The notes beneath the pieces were generated by a model, which was not told the origin of the DNA, searched no databases, and saw only the letters and a list, made by a program, of their open reading frames with translations. Below are positions 14,543-21,049 of a stretch of DNA of 21,049 nt, piece by piece. How positions within the stretch are numbered: the stretch's first letter is position 1; every line of letters starts with the position of its first letter. The stretch covers positions 1 through 21,049 of the forward strand of contig JBHHXT010000073.1 of assembly GCA_046757165.1 (NCBI GenBank). The letters are read 5' to 3'. A program made the translations under genes and the position numbers. The DNA is from a bacterium (GTDB taxonomy: Bacteria > Zhuqueibacterota > Zhuqueibacteria > Oceanimicrobiales > Oceanimicrobiaceae).

Positions 14543-16515
14543 CAAGAAGGGTGAAGGCCACCGCTGTCCTGGCTGCGTTGTTAGCGGTCACCGCGGTTTC
14601 GGGACTCCGACTTGGCCTTTGGCAGCCGGAAGCGGTGGAATTTCCACACCTTACACTCGAAGCGGCGCACAAAATCCGAGCCGATTGGACGTCATTTGTC
14701 AACACCACACACGTGTCCGGGCTCGCCGCTGACGGAGACCGGGTGTGGACAGTTGGGGGGGGTGTCAGAAGATACGATCTCAGGACAAACAGCTATACCA
14801 CCTTCTATACCGAGCACGGCCTGGCCAGCAATGACACCCGGGCGATCTCGGTTGAAGATGATTTTGTCTGGGTGGTGACAGCCGCAGGAGTCAGTCGCTT
14901 TTCCAGGAAGGAAAAGAAGTGGCAGAACTTCTCTGTGGCGGATGGCCTGGCAGATGATCTGGTTGTGTCTGTTGCGCTCGACAGGGAGAACCGGATCATC
15001 TGGTTTGGCACCTGGGATAGTGGTCTGTCACGCTACGACATTGAGAATGATCGCTGGCAGAGTTACTCGACAAAAGACGGTTTGAGCAACGATTGCGTCA
15101 TCTCTCTGGCTGTTGATTCTCAGGACAACATCCTTTGGTGTGGAACGTGGGGCGGAGGTGTCAGCCAACTGAATCTTGCGACCGGCAAATGGAGAAGTTG
15201 GGACAAAACCTCGAACCTGGCATCGAATACGGTCACCGCGATTGCCGTGCAGACCGATGTGGTATGGTTTGGAACCCTCGATTCAGGCCTGTGCCGTTTC
15301 GACAAGAGCGAGGAGAGCTGGGAAACTTTTAGCGCCGAGAACGGGCTCGGCGGAAATGCGGTCTCCGCAATTGTCGTAGATAGTGCCGGCACCAGCGTGT
15401 GGGTCGGAACCAGAGATGGCGGACTGAGCAGGTTGCGCACCGATGTGGGGAAATGGGAGGTCTTTGGAGGAAAAGATGGGCTCTTGATGGCCATCTCCGC
15501 AGTCTCCCTTGCTGACAACACGCAGCTCCTTTTAGGGACCTGGGGAAAGGGTCTGGTCAAGTTCGATTACCGAAACAACGAGGCGCAGGTTTATGGAACA
15601 ACCAATGAGATCGCCCATAATCAGGTTGTCGGGATGTTTGCAGATAGTGTGAGGAATGCGTTGTGGGTTGGCACGGAAGGGGGAGGGGCATCCAGTTATG
15701 AACTCGCGGTGGGCCAGTGGAACACGTTCAATCGAGAAGCCAAAACGCTTCCGAACAATACGGTGAATAGAATTGTCGTGACAGGTGGTCAAGATGACAG
15801 CCGTGATGACCTCGTTTGGTTTGGCACCCTTGATGGCGTCGTCCGCATAAACCAACAGACCACCTTGACGGTGAGTAGAGAGCTCAGCGAAGGCCTGGTC
15901 GAATCATTTGCTCAGGATCCGGCAGGTAAAGTGTTATGGGTGGGCACCAATAACCAGGGACTTTACCGATATGATTTGCAGGCTGAAACATGGCAGCATG
16001 TCGAAGAGTTGCCCGACTATATCTACTTTTCGCTTGCCTGGGATGAGGCGGAGAAGACCTTGTGGTGTGGAACCGAAGAGGGGATACAAGGGTATGAAGC
16101 AAACTCTCGACGGCCGATCACCTTTGATTCCTTTCCTGCTCCTGATGCTGACATCCGGTCCATCGTTGTGGATGACAAGCACGAAACCCTTTGGGCCGGG
16201 TCATGGCTTTCAGGTTTATTTGGCTATGATAAGCAAACGCGGCAATGGACGCGATATACCAAGGCTGACGGGTTACCAGGTGATACGGTGGTTGGCCTGG
16301 CACTCGACACGCATCGGGATGGGCATGAAGCCTTGTGGGTGGGCACGAATATGGGCGCGGCCAAATACGAATTCAGCTCTGGCGAGTGGGTTCAATTTAG
16401 CACAGCCGACGGGTTGGCCCATAATTTCATCCTGGCCATTGCTCTTGATAACAGCGGTTCCGTCTGGTTTGGGACCTGGGGAGGCGGGGTGAGCAAATAT
16501 GAGAACAGGGACTGA
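14539..16515 (+). CDS. Secreted or membrane-anchored beta-propeller protein 2 (14 repeats counted), paralog of propeller 1
   Basis: ATG 14539 overlaps the upstream TGA (ATGA coupling). N-terminal MTRRVKATAVLAALLAVTAVSGL signal/anchor, then 14 WxGT-type repeats and no output domain. Confidence 0.85.
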   Translation: MTRRVKATAVLAALLAVTAVSGLRLGLWQPEAVEFPHLTLEAAHKIRADWTSFVNTTHVSGLAADGDRVWTVGGGVRRYDLRTNSYTTFYTEHGLASNDTRAISVEDDFVWVVTAAGVSRFSRKEKKWQNFSVADGLADDLVVSVALDRENRIIWFGTWDSGLSRYDIENDRWQSYSTKDGLSNDCVISLAVDSQDNILWCGTWGGGVSQLNLATGKWRSWDKTSNLASNTVTAIAVQTDVVWFGTLDSGLCRFDKSEESWETFSAENGLGGNAVSAIVVDSAGTSVWVGTRDGGLSRLRTDVGKWEVFGGKDGLLMAISAVSLADNTQLLLGTWGKGLVKFDYRNNEAQVYGTTNEIAHNQVVGMFADSVRNALWVGTEGGGASSYELAVGQWNTFNREAKTLPNNTVNRIVVTGGQDDSRDDLVWFGTLDGVVRINQQTTLTVSRELSEGLVESFAQDPAGKVLWVGTNNQGLYRYDLQAETWQHVEELPDYIYFSLAWDEAEKTLWCGTEEGIQGYEANSRRPITFDSFPAPDADIRSIVVDDKHETLWAGSWLSGLFGYDKQTRQWTRYTKADGLPGDTVVGLALDTHRDGHEALWVGTNMGAAKYEFSSGEWVQFSTADGLAHNFILAIALDNSGSVWFGTWGGGVSKYENRD

Positions 16516-16533
16516 ACTTCGCAGCTCCCACGG

Positions 16534-18285
16534 TTACTCCTGCTCAAAAATCCCCTTTAGATGATACAGGTTATTGCTTGATTCTAACCTCATCATGCTC
16601 CAGTGCTTCTCGTCAGCAATCGTGGGGACCTGCTCCAGGGGTGTGAATGTTAACTCCGGGATGGGTTTGTATCCGCTCAGTTTCATGAACAGGGTCAGAG
16701 GCAGGCCAACTTCCGCCTTGTAAGAGAATGGCGTTGGACGAGGAAATTTCTTGCGGTTAATATAAACCGTTGCACCCTGTGGCGCTGAATCTATTCTAAT
16801 TTCTTTCTTGAACCGTACCAGAACGGCGGAGCCGGAAGCTATGGTTTCGTTGCCGACCTTGAGGCTCCCGTTCCTTAGTACGCTGACGGATTTCTCGGCT
16901 GGCTCAAAGCCCTCCCTGGACAACATCAGGTGATGCGTTCCGGTTACTATCCTGGCAATCTCGACAGGTGTTTCTTGTGGCAGCGGTTGGCCATCCCAAA
17001 TCACCCGGGCGCCCCCCGGCACAGACTCGATGATTAGCGATGAAGGATAGAGCTGGCTGTAAAGGGTCTCTCCAAACCGGGTCCACTTATATGAAAAATC
17101 CAAAGCGCTGAACGCAAGAAAGAGAACCAGAACCGATATCAGGCCCACGATCGCTGCTTTTTTGTGCGACCGGGCAGTGTGTCGCATGACATCGATCACC
17201 GTGATTGATTCCTGGCTCGGCCTCGCTTGAAAAATCATGGAGTGGGATCTGACTTCTTGTGCCGCATTCTCTGCACGGCTGGCCGCCTCCGGGCTTGCGA
17301 CCCTCTCCTTTTTCGCTTGCAGCACACTTTTCTTGTCGGGTTCTTTCGCCGGTTGGTTCAACCCTTGTGCAAAATCGCGCAGCTTTTCATCCAGGGCCCA
17401 GACCTGTCGCGATCTGAGGAATTGAGACAGGTCCTGATACAGGTCCCGCGCCGATTGGTATCTTTCATCTCTTCTCTTTCTCAAGCTCTTCCTGAGGATG
17501 GTTTCCAGAGCATTTGGAATTTCGGCTTCCTTCAAGCTCCCCGCATCAAGGTCAACAGAGGTGATTTCTGTCATGATGTCATAGGCGTGCTCTCTTTTGA
17601 AGAGTCGATCTCCAGTCAGCAGTTCATAAAAGATGACGCCCAATGAGAAAATATCCGACCGCCTGTCCAATGCCACGCCGCGCAGGATGTGCTCCGGAGA
17701 CAAATAGGTCCACTTATCCCGGCGCGTCTTTACATCCACAACTTCGCTCGAGCTGAGTTTCCACTTGGCGGGGCCAAAATCTATCAGCTTCACCTCGCCC
17801 TTGAATGAGATGAGTATGTTGGAAGGGTCGATATTTCCGTGAAGAATGTTCAGGGGTTTATGGGACCTGATATCCTTTAGATTATGGGCATAGTCCAGCG
17901 CTTTGGCGACCTCCGCAACAATATGCACCATCAAATCGAGCTGCAGCTTCCTGCGCAAGAGTTTGCAGATGGTCAGAATACTTTTCAAATCCAACCCATC
18001 GACAAATTCCATAATAGAATAAAAGGTGCCATCCTCGGTCCGACGCAGGTCATACATCTGTACGATGTTCGCATGAGTGAGCTTTGCCGCATTGCGGGCC
18101 TCCTCGACGAACCGATCAACAGAAGTCTTGTCTGTCAGCAAATTGGAATGAATCTTCTTGATGGCGACCGGTTTCTGCAAGGCTCGATCGAGGCCGTAAT
18201 AGAGTACGCTCAATCCGCCTTCTTTGATCTTCGAAACAAGTTCATATTTTCCATCAAGGATAGATCGCGTCCGGATTTTTGTCAT
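16534..18285 (-). CDS. Hanks-type Ser/Thr kinase-like membrane protein with two PEGA-like domains; probable pseudokinase
   Basis: VAIKK, RFVEEA, HANIVQ, IMEFVDG, DFG, YLSPE and SDIFSLG are present, but the catalytic loop reads HGNIDPSN. TM helix AAIVGLISVLVLFLAFSAL. PEGA patterns IESVPGGARVIWDG...TP and IDSAPQGATVYIN...TP. Confidence 0.85.
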   Translation of the reverse strand: MTKIRTRSILDGKYELVSKIKEGGLSVLYYGLDRALQKPVAIKKIHSNLLTDKTSVDRFVEEARNAAKLTHANIVQMYDLRRTEDGTFYSIMEFVDGLDLKSILTICKLLRRKLQLDLMVHIVAEVAKALDYAHNLKDIRSHKPLNILHGNIDPSNILISFKGEVKLIDFGPAKWKLSSSEVVDVKTRRDKWTYLSPEHILRGVALDRRSDIFSLGVIFYELLTGDRLFKREHAYDIMTEITSVDLDAGSLKEAEIPNALETILRKSLRKRRDERYQSARDLYQDLSQFLRSRQVWALDEKLRDFAQGLNQPAKEPDKKSVLQAKKERVASPEAASRAENAAQEVRSHSMIFQARPSQESITVIDVMRHTARSHKKAAIVGLISVLVLFLAFSALDFSYKWTRFGETLYSQLYPSSLIIESVPGGARVIWDGQPLPQETPVEIARIVTGTHHLMLSREGFEPAEKSVSVLRNGSLKVGNETIASGSAVLVRFKKEIRIDSAPQGATVYINRKKFPRPTPFSYKAEVGLPLTLFMKLSGYKPIPELTFTPLEQVPTIADEKHWSMMRLESSNNLYHLKGIFEQE

Positions 18286-18353
18286 TTTCAGATCAAGATA
18301 TGTTCCTGAATGAGCCCATCCCCATTCGGGTGCTGAAATGGTGGCTGGCCGTC

Positions 18354-19808
18354 CTACTCCCGGTCCTGAGCCTCCAATTTGAAAAGGCGGCTCCCGGCCT
18401 TTTGATAATAGAGGTAGGTTGGGTCCGGAGCAACTTGCATCGCCTGTTCATAGTAGCCAATCGCTTTCGGGATATTCCTGATGGTCGGTTCTTTCTCGAA
18501 TCGATATCCTTCGATGAACAACTCCTTGGCTCTCAGCTTTTGCGCCTCCGTCAATATCACTCTTGCTTTGGGTGGGGTGATAGTCAGGGACACCACCCGG
18601 GAAGCCGTCATGCCGGACTCATCCCCCACAGATACGGTGACCTTGTCCTGGTGGTCTGCAGGAACCTCCATCGGAGCCGTATATGTCACTTCACTGTCCA
18701 GGCCCGTAATCGTGCCCAATAGCGCGCTCCATTCATAGCGTAGAAGTTCAGGGTTCGGGCCCCCCGCGACCACAGTCAACCGGCTTTGCTCGCCCGTAGT
18801 CAGAGTGGACTTTTCTGCTGTCAGCTTCACAATCTTTACGGGCGCACGTTTGCGTTTAGATCTTGCTTCTTGTTCGGCGCGCCGGGCCAGCTCGTTTTTC
18901 TGCCGGAGCTGTTCATATCGCTGAACGTGCTCCAAATAGCTCAATGCCACCTTGTTTTCGGGATGCCGTTCAAGCACCCGGTTGATTTTTCTCCGGGAGT
19001 CTTTGTAACGTCCCTTGGCAAAATCGTGCTTTGCTGCACCCAGCAATTCCTGAACTTGCAGCCTGGCTTCAGCTTCTGATTTGAGTTTCAGGGCTTGCTC
19101 ATGATTGGAATCCAGGCGGAGAACCTCATCAAATCTCTCTATCGCTTGTTGAAGTTCTTTTACATTGTCACTTTGACCGAGGAAAGCTGCTGCCGTGCAA
19201 ATATTGTCGATTCTGATTCTCTCATGCACCTCCTCGATCAGGTCGATCACCTCTTGATTTCTCGGGTCGACAGCCAAAGCCACCTCCAGCTCGACCAGGG
19301 CGTCGTTATACAAGGCTCGTTTGTAATACTTGTTGGCGGTGCTCCAGTAGGGTTCTACCGTTCCGTGCTTTTCTGATCTTGTTGCAAAAAAGAAAACGAA
19401 ACTCCCAACAACAGCCACGGCCAGGAAGGGGACAATGTAGCCCCATCGCGACCTTGATCGATTAGGGTCAAATCGGCGATCCAACCAGGGTCGTCTCAGA
19501 GCTTTGCCCTTTTCATTCAGCAGCGCCACGGTCAAAGTTGTGTTTCCTATTTCAATGACGTCATGATGGCGCAGAAGCAGCTCTCCGGTGATCAGATGTC
19601 CATTCACCCGGGTGCCATTGCGGCTGCCGAGGTCTCTCAGGTAAACCGACCCGGCGACCGTTTTGATCTCTGCGTGGGTGGTTGAAGCCAGGTCGTCATC
19701 GAGATGAACACCGTTTTCCGGACTCCGGCCGATGATTACGGCGCCACCGGAAACCGTGTAATGCTTGCCCGTGCCAGGACCCTGGGTAACCGTCAATCTT
19801 ACTTTCAT
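18354..19808 (-). CDS. FHA domain - TM - TPR repeats - Ig-like domain membrane protein
   Basis: FHA phosphothreonine-binding motifs are intact (IGR, STTH, DLGSRNGT). TM WGYIVPFLAVAVVGSFVFFFA. TPR-like helices (ALAVDPRN, VLRLDSNH, VLERHPEN, AMQVAPDP). Beta-rich module LRYEWSA...VTYTAP...VTVSVGD. Confidence 0.85.
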   Translation of the reverse strand: MKVRLTVTQGPGTGKHYTVSGGAVIIGRSPENGVHLDDDLASTTHAEIKTVAGSVYLRDLGSRNGTRVNGHLITGELLLRHHDVIEIGNTTLTVALLNEKGKALRRPWLDRRFDPNRSRSRWGYIVPFLAVAVVGSFVFFFATRSEKHGTVEPYWSTANKYYKRALYNDALVELEVALAVDPRNQEVIDLIEEVHERIRIDNICTAAAFLGQSDNVKELQQAIERFDEVLRLDSNHEQALKLKSEAEARLQVQELLGAAKHDFAKGRYKDSRRKINRVLERHPENKVALSYLEHVQRYEQLRQKNELARRAEQEARSKRKRAPVKIVKLTAEKSTLTTGEQSRLTVVAGGPNPELLRYEWSALLGTITGLDSEVTYTAPMEVPADHQDKVTVSVGDESGMTASRVVSLTITPPKARVILTEAQKLRAKELFIEGYRFEKEPTIRNIPKAIGYYEQAMQVAPDPTYLYYQKAGSRLFKLEAQDRE

Positions 19809-19815
19809 CTGTTTT

Positions 19816-20796
19816 CTACTTCTGCTTCTCTGTTTTCTGCTCTAAGATTCTCGATTCCTGGATTAAGAAATAATCATTCACGGAAAAATCGGGCGGCGTC
19901 GTTGCTGTGACAACAAACAATAGCTCCGAGTTATCTTGCATCTTCTTTTCCCTTCGGAACAGCATCGGGAGAATATCCCCGAGGATGGGGACTTTGGATA
20001 CCGACGAGCCGCGGGAAGTTTTCTTGAGGCCACCCAATATTGACGTGCCACCGTTTTCAACCGATATGGTGCTCTCTGCGGTTCTGGAGGCCAACGCCGG
20101 CTGCCCGGCAATCGGACTGATTTCACTTGCTTCGGTGTGGATCTTGACCAGGATATCACCGGACCCCTGAATTTTCGGACTCACCTCCAGCTTGACGCCA
20201 AACTCCTTGAAAATAGTCACCGCAAATCCATCCGGTCCCACTTCATTGAACGGAAACTCGCCGCCGATCAGGATCTTGCCGGATTCACCGTCGACCGTGG
20301 TAATTCTTTCATTATAAACGACCTCGGCATTTCCTTTGGTCACCCAATAGGAAACGGCGCTGAGAATATTAGACTCCAGCACCAGGTTGGTGGTCACCCC
20401 CTCGAATCCTTTCTCGAGGCCAGCGGCAAATCTGGCCTGAGGGTTGTATTCGGCAAAAGCGCTCCGGCTCACGCTCACGATCAGAATTGAAATCCCGATT
20501 TGGTATTTCTTCGTCCTGTCCACCACCAGATTCACGACCTCTCCCTCGGGGTAAAGGGCCATGATCTTTTCGAACCTCTGAATATCGACATGCGTATAGA
20601 TTTCCCCCTCGACGACGACTTTGCTCCCTGCCTGACGAAAGGTCAACCCCTCGACGTCTTGCAGCAGACTCATCAGCTCCTGAATCGTCACCTCCGTCTC
20701 CTGCGCCGATAGCGCCAGTGAGAAGAGGTGACCTGTCAAGACAATCGTGACCAAACTCATCAGTTTGGCCAGGGAACGAGTTGCATTGTTTTTCAT
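19816..20796 (-). CDS. Compact outer-membrane secretin (type II/III secretin domain, RcpA/CpaC-like)
   Basis: Signal peptide ending LSA|QE, a short BON-like segment (VVVEGEIYT...VVNLV), then secretin C-domain motifs IGGEFPF, FKEFGVKLEVSPKI, ILGGL, SKVPILGDI and SELLFVVT. Confidence 0.82.
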   Translation of the reverse strand: MKNNATRSLAKLMSLVTIVLTGHLFSLALSAQETEVTIQELMSLLQDVEGLTFRQAGSKVVVEGEIYTHVDIQRFEKIMALYPEGEVVNLVVDRTKKYQIGISILIVSVSRSAFAEYNPQARFAAGLEKGFEGVTTNLVLESNILSAVSYWVTKGNAEVVYNERITTVDGESGKILIGGEFPFNEVGPDGFAVTIFKEFGVKLEVSPKIQGSGDILVKIHTEASEISPIAGQPALASRTAESTISVENGGTSILGGLKKTSRGSSVSKVPILGDILPMLFRREKKMQDNSELLFVVTATTPPDFSVNDYFLIQESRILEQKTEKQK

Positions 20797-20961
20797 GTCA
20801 TTCTGTCCATTCTAAGCACGAAGGAAAACGATGTCTCGCCTATATTTGAGCCACGGATTTTCACTGATTGACACGGATGAATTGCGTTTAGAAAAAAAAT
20901 TAGTACCCACAAAGCTCACTTTATTAAGAGCGGTGTTTTGGGGCTGTCTAAGAAGAAGGAC

Positions 20962-21002
20962 TGTCATTTCGAATCCCCGTGTTTTTCAGCGGGGTGAGAA
21001 AT
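20962..21002. repeat. REP-like hairpin TGTCATTTCGAA...GAGAAAT
   Basis: ATTTC (20966-20970)/GAAAT (20998-21002) and CCCCG (20975-20979)/CGGGG (20990-20994) pair; intergenic. Confidence 0.45.
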
Positions 21003-21049
21003 TTTAAGAACCACATAATTAACGTGCACATTTATTCTGGCTAACCAAA

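Noticed and set aside
12599..16515. Hybrid two-component sensor kinase or frameshifted pseudogene
   Set aside because: Each ORF has its own N-terminal signal and a complete 14-repeat set; no TM, kinase or receiver sequence follows before the convergent gene.

Overview
The window has three gene blocks; the encoded secretin suggests a diderm bacterium. (1) 113-6185, minus strand: an aerobic form I Mo-Cu carbon monoxide dehydrogenase cluster (coxG, coxM, coxS, coxL with the AYRCSFR active-site motif) followed by an XdhC/CoxF maturase fused to a YHS domain. (2) 6541-16515, plus strand, divergent from the cox genes: a near-consensus sigma70 promoter and a ~290-nt structured leader precede a DUF364-like protein, two paralogous RRE-radical SAM-SPASM enzymes, two ~155-aa paralogous proteins, and two secreted stand-alone 14-repeat beta-propeller proteins. 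Each ~155-aa protein has a twin-arginine signal, a highly conserved body and a variable His/Trp C-terminal 15-mer (W-H-x-H-x3-S-x-H-x-H-x-T-W). This looks like a RiPP-type system whose radical-SAM-modified precursors are exported by Tat; I do not recognise it as a described family and it is the main finding. (3) 16534-20796, minus strand: a compact secretin, an FHA-TM-TPR protein and a Hanks-type kinase-TM-PEGA protein that lacks the catalytic Asp (HRD to HGN). The intergenic regions contain several kinds of short, degenerate inverted-repeat elements. All family calls come from motif recognition by eye; no database search was run.
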